Assembly (NCBI GenBank): GCA_020891255.1
Contig: BQFW01000002.1
Coordinates: forward strand, 3,100,001-3,164,000
Reading direction: 5' to 3'
Source: Entomortierella parvispora E1425
Taxonomy: Eukaryota; Fungi; Mortierellomycota
DNA length: 64,000 nt
The notes under the pieces were generated by a model, which had not been told where the DNA came from, did not search any database, and saw only the letters and a list, made by a program, of their open reading frames with translations. How positions within the stretch are numbered: position 1 is the stretch's first letter; each line of letters opens with the position of its first letter. Both the position numbers and the translations under genes were made by a program. Below, piece after piece: positions 50,703-61,931 of the stretch.

Positions 50703-53700
50703 ATGACCAACAACCAGCAGCAGTCTTCGTCTCCTCCACTTCCCCCACTCCCCGCGTCCGCCTACTCCTCACCTTCTCCTCCTCCTCTCCTCCTTCCATC
50801 CTCGGCATCGCCCTCTCCAAAGTCCTCCTTCACCTCCCGGTTCAAATCCAAACCTCAGGCCATTGCTATCTATAACAACAGCGGTGCGGGTTTAGAGCCA
50901 TCACAGCCCTCGCCCCGGCGAGGCTCGATTGCAGCGCATTTGATGAACTTTGCAACACGATCAACGACCTCCCTCCAGCTCCTCTCCAGCTCAGCGCCTG
51001 CTCATCATGGCTCTGGTCTGGGACCGTCTGCGTCCACAACTTCGTTGGCAATACAAGAGGATGAGATGCGGTCGCAGGTCCTGCCCCTCCGGTCCACAGC
51101 CTTCTCCAACCCATTCAAGAAACTGCAACACACTTTCCATGGCAACAGTTCGAAAAAGACTCCGGATGGACAGAAAATCCCCGAGCGCATCGTATCCTCC
51201 TCTGCCTCGGCGCAATCCATGACCTCCTGGCGCTCCAAGGGCGCCGAGATGCTGTCCAAGAAGACGTGGGGACGAACCCGCAAGAGTAAGTGTGTGTTGT
51301 CTTTTTCTCTTTATTTTGGACACTCGTTTGGTTTGGTTGTTCTTTTTGTTCTTTCATTCCATTCTTTTATGCAACAAACAAGGGAGTTGCAGGCATTGTA
51401 GACGGTGCATGAAGCACAGACAGGGCAGGGTGGGGCAGGGAGTACAGAGAAGGAGAGGGAGAGGGAGAGAGGGAGCAGTAGTGGAGGGAGAGAGAGAGAG
51501 AGAGAGAGATGATAGAGCTCCTCGTTCTTTTGACTCTGCATATCTGCATTCTCTTTCATTTTGCATTTCTGCAATCTGCAACAAACGGCCACGAACGAGC
51601 GGAATCGCACAAATCACATCCCACAGAGTTAATTGCGTTTAAATAATAGACGAGGAGTGAGGGGGAAAAAGTAGAGGGAGGGGCAACACGCGGGTGGGCT
51701 GGGGGGAAGACGTGCGGCTGTCTGCTGGCCTGCAGAACAGAGCAGAGAACAGAGCAAGAGAGAGACAGAGACAGAGAGAGGGGGTGGGTCGGTTGGTGGT
51801 TGTTGTTCTGCAGTGGATGCAACCTTCCTTCCATCGTGCCATCCTGCTTTTGTTTCTCTTGGACCACCTTCCCAATCCCCTTGTCCGTGGATCCGGACCA
51901 AAGTGAGACCAGAAACCACACTATTCCTTTCTTCCTTTTGTTATACGAATGCCCTATTGTTTCTTTTTTTAAAATACTCTCTCTCCCTCTCTCTTTCTCC
52001 TCTCTGTCTCTCTCTTTCTCTCTCTCTCAAACCAAAAACAGAGAAAGGTCTGAACTAACAAACACATCGTCATCGTTCTCTTCCCTCCCCTCTGGTCCAC
52101 CTTATTCTTCTGACTCCCCATAGACTCAGAGCCTACCTATGCTGGCCAAGGCGTCCTGACCGCCCCCATCTTTGGGTCATCCATCGACGACGCCGTCCGC
52201 ATCTCTCACATTCCAGGCACCCCCATGGTCCCCGCGGTCCTCTACCGCTGCGCAGAGTTCCTCGAAGTCAAGGGCGTGGACGAAGTTGGCCTCTACCGGT
52301 AAGGTTCATTCGTGTTCACTCAGCTTGTTTCCAAGGTGATCGATAATGTTACACTCTTGTGCAACCGACCACTCCAGACACAACCGCCGCCAGCGCCTTG
52401 AAGCTGCACCAATGCCCTGTGGTCTGGCGCTCATGGAGATAAGCGCCAAACTCTCTTTGTTCGCCTCATTAATTAATCTCGCTTTTCCTGTTCTTTTGGT
52501 GCTTGCTTACTTACTCCCGCCGCTACCTGCTCCTAGCGTTCCTGGAAGTCATGCTAGTGTTCAAAAGCTCAAGCGTCTGTTCGACTCGGGCAAGGACCAT
52601 AACTTACTGGCGATGGATGGAATTGACCCCAACGACATTGCCACGTTGTTGAAACTGTACTTGCGTGAGCGTAAGTTCTGTTTTGATACTTCTTATAGCA
52701 CCAAACTGGAGATGTGGCATCTTTGGTTGCAAACGCTGTTGCTGACCCCCTAGCTCCTTTTTTTTCAAACTGCTCTAGTGCCATCGCCTCTCCTTCCCGC
52801 CATCTTTTTGGAGCAATTCCAGTCACTCATCTCGACAGACCGTCAGATCTGTCACTCACTGCGAGGCATCCTGATCCGCTTGCCCCGGTCCAACTATGTC
52901 CTCCTCTCTTTTCTCTGCCACCATCTCTCTCGTATTGCAGCACACGCGGACAAGACAAAGATGAATGTATCCAACCTCGGTGTGGTTTTTGCACCGACCC
53001 TCTCTATCGGCAGTATCCTTTTCAAGGCCCTGCTGGGAGGCTTTTACGACTCTGAGGAAACCGCAGAGAGCAGAGAAAAGGGCTTGAAGCTCGTTTGGGG
53101 AGGATTGTTGCAGGATTTCGAATACGATGGCATCGAGGACTGGTCGGACGTCCACCCTGGAGGCGAGGCGAATCAGATGCCTTTGCCTCGCCTATACCAA
53201 ACAGGACCACTCTCGCCTCAACATCCACTCTCACCAGCACAGGAAATTGTCGCTCAATCGTTGGCTGTGCCTTCGGCGTCCACTGGATTGGGCTTTACTC
53301 AGAGTCTGCCAAACGACCATCACATCCCTACCTCTTTGCCCTTGGGCCGCGAGGATGACGAGGCTAGTCTTTTGGCAGCCATGGTTCTTCGTGAGGAAAG
53401 AGCGGCAGCGGCAGCAGCAGCAGCAGCGCGCCAGGACGATGACACCTGCTCTAATGCTTCAGAAGGATCCATGTCCTCGGTTGACAGGACAGACAACACG
53501 GCACTCTCCACCATGTCCTCCCCAGGCACACAACATACCAAGGACCAGGCCTTTGAGGCGTCCTTCACTTCACCATCAATGGCATTCTCGCCTACTCTTC
53601 CCTCTACATCGCTCCCCTCATCATCATCGTCTCACCTTATTTCGACCGCGTCCGTACCGACCGACACCACCACCACCAACAGTCTGACTTTGGATCCTAA

Positions 53701-53953
53701 GGATGTCCACGTCCCCTCGACTGTGGCTATACCCAACGTGCTCGAGCTTCGAGATGAGGCCGGCAAGGTCGCGGCAGTAGAAGCTCATGGTGACAAGGAC
53801 AAGGAGGAAGCACATGAAGAACAGGAGGAAGAGGAGGAAGAGGAAGAAGAGGAAGAAGAAGATGAGGGTGTTGTTGTTCCCGAGTTCCCCCACAAGAGCG
53901 CCTCGGGTGCCCCCCAACTCCCTCCTCTGGAGGGGTTGATGATTGCGCTATAA
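50703..53953 (+). CDS. Rho GTPase-activating protein, 4 exons
   Basis: Exons 50703-51285, 52124-52298, 52537-52670 and 52779-53953. PIFGSSI, VPAVLYRCAEFL, GLYR|VPGS (Arg finger), IATLLKLYLRE|LPSPL and TKMNVSNLGVVFAPTL. Confidence 0.9.
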
Positions 53954-54227
53954 AAGAGCGAAACGGAGTGCCTTCTTGAGAAGAAGACCATGTACAAAAG
54001 ATAATAATAATAGGCATTCTATTTGGTCAAACTGTGTCTTGTCTGTCTTTTTACCCTTTGAGTCTTGAACGAAACGAACGAAAGCGATGAAGTGACTGTT
54101 TCATGGGAATGGACCCTTCCTCCCTTTCCCCTCTTCTCTGCTGCTTTCCCACACATCCATCTCTTGTTTGCTCTTTCATTCTCTTTTCTTCATCCTTTTT
54201 TTCTTTCATTCAATCCTCACTTTCACC

Positions 54228-57222
54228 ATGGACCAAAACACATCTCCTATCCACCTCCCAGAGACGGCAGAGGAACTGCGGGCAATCACGCTCGAGGTCG
54301 AGCAGCTGTTGCAGCAGAGTGCGGACGCGCTCGTGAGCGTGCCTGAAGGACAACGGACCATCGACAACACTTTGCTGAAGTTGCAGCAGGCTCAGAGCGA
54401 GGCTGCTGCAAGACAGACCCGCTGCACTTTTCCCCAAATGGTAACGGCGCGGTTCCTTTGCCTTTGCCCGGAACCTGTCGGCACAATTGTTCGCGTGTCC
54501 TGGATGATCGATATCCTTGTTTCACAACCTCGGTTGTTCTGATCTGCTGTACCCCTGTTCTCTGACGTCCTTACTTTCGTTTGTACTATCAACAGGTTCA
54601 CCTTGACAAGGATGTGCGCGATGCGGCAACAGAGGCAAAGAAGTCCTTGCAGAAGGCGTGGTCGCTGTAAGTGGGGTGCCTCTCGGGATCACGAATGAAG
54701 AAGAGAACGTTGACTTACCAACATTGCCTGTCTCGATCACTTTTAGGTTGTTTTCGCGGAGGGTAAGATAGAAAACACCTGCTTTTCTGCTACCATTTAG
54801 TGCCTCCCTCTATTTTTCCAGCAGCTGCTCTTTTTATCTTTATTCGCTTACCAATTCCTTTCGCGCCAATTCCTCATAGGACGTGTATGCAGTTCTTAGT
54901 CAGTTGGATGAGAACCAGATCTCAGATCCCCAGATCCGTCGACTTCTCCAGCACACACTCCGACTCTTTAAGCGCCATGGTGCCGCCTTGGCTGAAGTCG
55001 AACAACAAAAGCTGATGACGCTCCGATCTGAGATCAGTGGATTGGAACTCGACTTTCAAAAGGCCCTGAACGAGGACACGACTGAGATCTTGTTGTCAGG
55101 GCATGAGCTGGAAGGATGCTCTGAGGCCTGGCTTTCGGGACTGAAGCGTGCCAAGAAGGAAGGAGACGACCACGGCGCTCTCTACTACCGGGTGACCATG
55201 AAGACCCCAGATATTTTGAACATTAGCAGGAACGCTTCCTTGCCCGAGACCCGTCAACGTGTGGCCACGACTTACCGCCAGGTCTGCACTGGGACCAATG
55301 GACCGATCTTGGACCGATTGATTCAGGCGCGTCATGAGGCTGCGACATTGTTGGGATACAGCAGTCATGCCGCTTACCAGTTGGACATCAACATGGCCAA
55401 GACGGTCGACAACGTCGAGTCGTTCTTGGATAACATCACTACCTCGATCTCTGGAAAGTTGGCATCCGACAAGAAAGAGTTGCTGGCGCTCAAGAAGGCT
55501 GAATACGAGAAGCGTGGATGGAGCCAAAAGTTTGACGGCAAGCTCAATGCTTGGGATGTCAAGTATTATCAGGAGATCTTGCTCAGCGAGAAGTACGCGG
55601 TCGACAACAGCTTGTTGACTCAGTACTTTGAGCTCAACAACATCCGGGACCAGATCATGGGCGTGTAGGTGATCTTATTTTCATTTGGCTTTTGGAATGC
55701 ATCGCTATCATGGAGACTAATTACAGTTTGTGGTTGTAGCTACTCCAAGATCTTCCAGCTTCGATTTGAACAAATCCCTGGAAAGTACTGGGCAGACGAT
55801 GTGACCCTGTTTGCTGTTTACGACCAAAAGGCTCAGAACGATGCTGGCGAGGCAGTAAAGAAAGATCCATCTGCTTTCAAACTTGGATACTTTTACCTTG
55901 GTATGTCCGCTTTGCATCTGTGAGGAACCCATGTCAAGAGTCGCTAGTAGATCTCTTGTACTGACTTGATTCATCTTCATTTCACTTAGATTTGTTCCCC
56001 AGACCTGGTATGTCATTCAGATATTCTCGTTTCCATTGAGATATGTAACATCGGACTAAACAAACTCCCTCATGGCGATCCACCACCTTCATAGGCAAAT
56101 ACTCTCATCAATGCGTTGTCCCATTGCGACCCAGCTATATCAACTCGAACGGCGAGCGCGTTCTGCCTGTCGGTAGGTTATCTACCTGCACTGAGATCTC
56201 TTGCTTTTCAAGGAATTAAGAAATGGCGTCCAACTCACTTCAATCATTTTTTTGACTCGCTCCACTGCACGTACAGCCGTTAATGTTGGCAATTTGTCCC
56301 GCCCCACAGCTGACCGCCCAGCGCTGCTGAAACACAGCGAGGTTCGTATTCCATGGATTTGGATGCTTGTGGCAGCCCAATGGCGTTGACAATGGGTATT
56401 AACATCGTGCATCCTCCACGTTTCTCTTTCTACAGGCCAACACATTCTTCCACGAGTTTGGTCACGTCTGCCACGCCATGTCTAGTAGGGCTCGGTACTC
56501 ACTCTTCAACTTTTCGTGGGCAGTTGTTCCTTACCCAACCTCATTGGCCATGGACTTTTTGGAGGTGCCCAGTATCATGTTGGAAAACTGGCTTTGGGAA
56601 CCCACCGTTTTGAAGCGTCTCGGAAGGTAGGCAATCTTTCTCGATTGGTATTATAGCTGTTTTTGTTTTTCACCCGCAAACAATCTAAGCCTTTTCATTT
56701 CTTCTTTGCAGACACTACAAAACTGGAGACGAGCTGCCAGACGACTTGATCAACTCTCTTGTCAAGACCAGAAAGGTCATCAAGGGACTCTTGTTTACAC
56801 AGCAGGTGGCCATGTCGGTCATTGATCTACGTTTGCACAGCATCGACCCACAGCAGCGGACCCAATCCATTGCAGAGTTCTGGAGAGAGACCAGTGAGGG
56901 ACTCGTGGGCGTGACTTTGGAACATGGACCCAATGTGAACCCAGCCTGTCAGTTGTACCATATCGTCACCGGATACGACTCCAACTACTTTTCCTACGCC
57001 TGGGCAGAGAGCTCCGCCCATGATCTTTACACCCGGTTCACCCAAAAGACTGCCCCTTGCTCCCATGAGCGCACCCGCGCCCTCGATGGAAAATTGGGCC
57101 GTGAATACTGGGAGAAGGTTTTGGTCCCCAACGCCACCCAGGAGCCCATTGAGCTCATGAGAGATTTCTTGGGACGTGAACCTAACGCAGACGCCTTCCA
57201 ACGATACCTCACAGAGCCATAG
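54228..57222 (+). CDS. Peptidase M3 family oligopeptidase (thimet oligopeptidase/saccharolysin-like), multi-exon
   Basis: HEFGH zinc motif (FFHEFGHVCH), DFLEVPSIMLENW, YLDLFPRPGKYSH, RHYKTG and FLGREPNADAF. Includes 16-nt and 18-nt micro-exons. Confidence 0.88.
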
Positions 57223-57370
57223 AGATAATAAAAGAATGGGATCCTATTTCTGAAATCGAAACATTGGCTCTTGAAGAAACTGCATATTCAAAATAAGAAA
57301 AAAGAAAAACTGAGGAGCACAATAATACATTTTTTTTTTTTTTAATATTTTCAAGACTTTTTTTTTGTTT

Positions 57371-59675
57371 TTACAGCTCGGTGTGAAGCATGGACGCGCC
57401 GCTACCATAACCATATCCCTTTGCACCAAAGGCCTTTCCGTAGCAAGTTTTGCAATAGGGTTGACCCTGTCGATCCGTCATATTGGTCGAGTCCAAGCTC
57501 TTGGAGCATTCGACACAACGGAGACACAACTTGTGGTATTTGGCACCGCCAGGGGCCAAGGCCGATTCCGCATGATAGACCGTCTTTTGACAACGGGGGC
57601 AGATATCGCCACCGCCTCCGAACGACGAAGTGACCTTCTTGGGTGTCATCAGTCCTCCAGAGCGGTAATAGCTCGTCTTTGGAACAGCGGTCGATCCCGA
57701 CGAGGAAGCATTCACAGGGCTGGTAAAGCTGTTGCTTTTGACGGGATTGCTTCCGGCAGAGGATGTCCTAGAGTGGGTGGGAGTCAAGTCATCGTCGGCA
57801 GTGGGGGCGGTAGGGGTCCAAGTACGTGTGGCGGCTGAAGATACATGACGCGCTGGCATGTAACTCAGGTTCTGGGGTTTGGAGGGCATGGTGGGTGTAG
57901 GTTCCTCGTCCCATTCATCTAAATCCTTCTTTGAGACCGTTTGCTGACGCTGCTCCTGTTCTCTCAAGGTAAGCTGATCCGTCTCGCTGATAAGTCGGTT
58001 CAGACGTGCAGAGGTGGACCCACGGGAAGAAGGGACCGATCTGACTTCTGGCTTATTTTGCTCCTGTTGCTCCTGTTGCTGCTGTTGCTGCTGTTGTTGA
58101 AGGAACTGCGATCGATACATGGGCTTTCTAGAGGCCGACTCTTCAACTTTGCTAGGTGTTGGCTCTGCATCCCATTCATCCTCATCGACTGCTGATGCAC
58201 CACGGCCTGGCAATGGTGGAGGGGGTGCTCCAGAGCCTTCTTCCTTTCGCGCCACTACACGAACAGGCACGTAATCCAGGTACGAATCATCTCCTTGCTC
58301 ACTTCCGTGCTGAGAGGTTGGGGCGGGCGTGGGTGCCGCAGGCTCGACTTCCCTCTTGGGAAGTGCTGGGGTTGCCACAGGAGTCGTAGGGGTTGAGGGT
58401 GACGAAGAGGTTGGTGCTCCGGTCTGGAAAGCGAGAGCCTGTCGACTCTTGGCAAAGTCTGTCTCTGCGTCATGGTTGGCCTGGCTCTGATGACTGGAAG
58501 ACGAGGTGCCTCTGTATGACTGGTTCAAAAACAAGGACTTTGTTGCTGGCTGAGTAGACGAGGACGAGAAGGACGAAATCGAGGGCGCAGGAGAAGAAGT
58601 CGTGGCCACAGTGGATCCAAATGTGGATGAGCTATCCGAGAGATAGCCAGACTGTCCGCCGTTATTGTTCTGGGCTGCAAGATAACCGTCGGTCAAGGGC
58701 AAGGTCGAACGAGCACCACTGCCTGTGCTTCCTGTTGAACCGCCTGTCGAATCTGCGTTGACACGTCCATAGCGGTTGGAAACACGTTGAGCATGCGCCT
58801 CGTCATAAGCACGGCGAGAGGCCTCTGCTTGCTCTCGAATCATGTCCAAAGAGTTGCGCTTCTTCAAAGTGGCATTCACAGGTGTCAGGCGCTCGCGTCT
58901 CTGTTCTTCCGTCTCTTCTGTGGTGAAGGAAGGTTGGTTGGGAGTCCGGGGACTACCATAGTCACTCTGACGTCCAGCAGAGCCGCTGCCTCCCGTGTTG
59001 TTGAAGACAACCTGGTCCAGATTGCTATACGTGGCAGTCTCGGTGTTGCTGTTGTTGGTATTGGTGTCGTTAAAGTCACTGTTGCTTCCGCTGCTGTTGA
59101 CAGGTCGACCGATGCTCTGCTTGAACTGGCTCTCGGGATCCTCCCGGACGAGCAAATTGCTCGCATAGCCATATCCGGTTGGACCCCACATCTTCTTGTG
59201 GCAAGCTTTGCAGTAGGCCTGGTTCCGATAGTCATGTCAAGAAAGATTGCGGGTAAATTAGCGTCCACGATATTTTGGTACTGCAGTATCTCTCAGTCAT
59301 CTTCATCCAGCTCGCTCCTTACTTCTCCTTCATGTTCCGCGAGTGTGTTGGAATCCAGACGGCGGTTGCATTCTTTGCAGGTAAAGCACTGTGGAGACGA
59401 GACGGGTCAGAGGTCGGCTGCATGGACAATAAAAATCTTTTGCAAAAAAAAAAAGTGCATTTCTATCCTTACAGACTTGTGCCATGCTGCTCCATTAGGT
59501 CCAATGACTTGCTCAGCCTAGGCATTGAAGGGAGTAGAGTAACAGGTGAGTCCCATGATGTCAATGTGTCTCAAGACCAGAGCATGAGACAATGCATACA
59601 CGTTCTTACAGAGTAGACGCTCTTGGAGCAGCGCGGGCACTTTGGGCTGGTAGGAGGGACAAATCGAGGTGGCAT
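57371..59675 (-). CDS. Two-LIM cysteine/glycine-rich protein (CSRP/muscle-LIM-like) with long low-complexity linker
   Basis: LIM1 built from 4 exons (CPRCSKSVYS|AEQ...WHKS|CFTCKEC...EHEGE|AYCKACH...GPTGYGY). LIM2 is CPRCQKTVYHAE...YHKLCLRCVEC...YCKTCYGKAFGAKGYGYG. Confidence 0.85.
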
Positions 59676-60263
59676 TGTATGAGATGAGGAGTGAGGAGAA
59701 TGAAGGGTGGAAGAGGAAAAGTAGAATGAAGTGAAGAGAGGTGAATAAAGAAGCGAGGGGAATGAAATGTACCGCAAGAAAGAGGAAAGGAGAGAATGGA
59801 GAAAGAGAACAGCCGTTGAGCAACGGACGCTTTTTTTCTTTCTTCCACAGCCCATCGACATTCGTCTCTAACTCTCAATGACGTTTTTGTGCCCACTCGA
59901 CGGCCAACCGCCCCAAATTGCACCCTTAAGAGGTCGATCGCGTCCCCTTCGCGTTTTTTTTTTTTTTTTTGTTCAGTCAACACTTCACCTCTTGCCCTCT
60001 TCCTCGTGTGGTCCTACACCACTGGCTATTGCCATCATCAAGAGCATACGCATCGATTTGGTCCAAGTAGTTTACAGACCACTCAAATACGTTGGATTGA
60101 TAACACCATGCTTTTTATTTCATGCCTGGCGACGATAAAAAATAAAAATAAAAATGCAAAGTGGAGCCTTCCCGCCGCTGCAGAAAGGGATTCAAGTATT
60201 GAGCAAACTCCAATGTCATTAAAATCAGATCGTTGAATACAATACACCCCATAACCATCGTCA

Positions 60264-61931
60264 TCACTGTCCTGGTTGCTGGCCGCTTGGTTTTGGGGCT
60301 TTACGTTTGAGGCTTTTAAACCATTGATGCAATGCCTCATTGATTGCTTTATCCTCATGAAGTGTGCCTGACGTCGTCTTTAGGCATGGCCAGTGCTTCA
60401 TCATCCAACGTATATCCTGCTCCTCTATTCGCTGACATGTATGGGAGAATCTCAGCTTGGCAAATCTCTTGAGAGACGCCAAATGGGCCAAGCCAGATTC
60501 CAATTTCAGTTGAATGGCTCGAGTCTGATTGTCATCAACACGGGAAGCCTTCGCAGAACCAGAGCGCCCCAAGCTCCAATATGTCAAGTATTCGAGTTTC
60601 GAGATTTGCTGGAAGACCTGTTCATCCCAAGCTACCGCCTCCGGTCCAGATGGAAAATCGATGGGCATTGTAAGATACTCCATTTTTAGGCAGGCCCAGG
60701 GTTCCACTCGCTGAACATCGCGTGAGGCAGCAAACTGTGCCATGATGTCCTTCAACTCCTCCACCATCTCATTTTCTCCTCGTGTGATCTCCTTCTGGCG
60801 CACCACGATATCGTCCTGAGTATCCTCCTTCAACTGAACTGCTCGTGCTTCCTCCGCTCCGAGTCCAGTCACCAACTCATGGGCAAAGAGGGCTCGCTCG
60901 ATTTTAAAGCAAGTCAACTTTGGGCAAGAGACCAAAATCCGCTGACACATCCAGCTCCTCAGATCATCACAATCATACAATCGCAGATCCTCCAGGGTCC
61001 CAAAGTGCCTCTCCAGTGCAACCAGAGATCTATACCAGCATCCCGAGGTCTCAAGCCTCAGCGCTTGGAGAGGACCACAAGCAGACGACATCCGTGCCAA
61101 CTGACTGTCGCTCAGGTTGGTGCCCATATCGAGTCTTTGTAGATGCTGCCATGTCATATTCTGCAGACTTCGGAAAGCCACCCTTTTTATAAGCACATGA
61201 TGTGGTTCAGCATCGCGTCCAAGCCAGGTGAGCGTTCGAAGCTGTGGACACTGAGTGATCCATCGGAGTTCGTGCGCCAGTATCGAAAACGTTCCCTTGC
61301 GCGATCTGATCCTGAGATCATTCATCATTGGAAACTGTGGTACCGTTATCCCGCCCAACTCGAGGCGACAATTGTCAAAATGTACACAACTTAGTCTCCT
61401 TCCTAATTCCATTAATTGAGCCGTCTGTGGACCGGTGAGACGACATTCCCGAAGCTTCAGAATCCGCAAAAACTGGCTGCATTGGGTAAACACGATCCCC
61501 CAAGAGAGTTGACGGCGAGAGGTAACTGTACTGCTGCAGATGGAGAGTTCTCGAAGATTCTGGTTCAAAAGAATCAGGGCCACGTAGGACGCGCAACCAT
61601 TCTTGCTTGTATGGTCCATGGACAGCACATTCAAGCTTTGGAGATTGCGGCACCAACGATTCGACTGCAAGGTAAAGATACAGAGACCTTTGCCTACAGA
61701 GTTTTTTTTCTCGTTGAATGAAGGGATGGTGAGATGCTGAATGTGCTCAGAATACCGCATCATTCCTTCCAATGATGGTAATGGCGCTTCTGAACAATGA
61801 ACGGTCCTGTAGAGCAATGGTGCCAGGAGCTGATGCCATGACTTGCAAACGCGGAGGCACGGTGCTAAGGAGCTCTTGGGTAAGAACTCCCCAATGATGA
61901 GTAGAATCTGTGGAGTGTCAAGTGGGTTCAT
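60264..61931 (-). CDS. F-box + leucine-rich-repeat protein (Mortierellaceae-type), single exon
   Basis: MNPLDTPQILLIIGEFL...CLRVCKSWHQLLAPLLY F-box, LxxLxL repeats and C-terminal LKLESGLAHLASLKRF...IRWMMKHWPCL. Confidence 0.82.
   Translation of the reverse strand: MNPLDTPQILLIIGEFLPKSSLAPCLRVCKSWHQLLAPLLYRTVHCSEAPLPSLEGMMRYSEHIQHLTIPSFNEKKNSVGKGLCIFTLQSNRWCRNLQSLNVLSMDHTSKNGCASYVALILLNQNLRELSICSSTVTSRRQLSWGIVFTQCSQFLRILKLRECRLTGPQTAQLMELGRRLSCVHFDNCRLELGGITVPQFPMMNDLRIRSRKGTFSILAHELRWITQCPQLRTLTWLGRDAEPHHVLIKRVAFRSLQNMTWQHLQRLDMGTNLSDSQLARMSSACGPLQALRLETSGCWYRSLVALERHFGTLEDLRLYDCDDLRSWMCQRILVSCPKLTCFKIERALFAHELVTGLGAEEARAVQLKEDTQDDIVVRQKEITRGENEMVEELKDIMAQFAASRDVQRVEPWACLKMEYLTMPIDFPSGPEAVAWDEQVFQQISKLEYLTYWSLGRSGSAKASRVDDNQTRAIQLKLESGLAHLASLKRFAKLRFSHTCQRIEEQDIRWMMKHWPCLKTTSGTLHEDKAINEALHQWFKSLKRKAPKPSGQQPGQ

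Noticed and set aside
53819-53865. GAG/GAA repeat as a separate repeat element
   Set aside because: It encodes the poly-Glu tract of the RhoGAP C-terminus.
15383-61931. Functional cluster of cullin-pathway genes (DCN1, CUL4, F-box) or polarity genes (CDC42, RhoGAP, LIM)
   Set aside because: They are 15-40 kb apart and interspersed with unrelated housekeeping genes; F-box and RhoGAP families are large, so co-occurrence is expected by chance.
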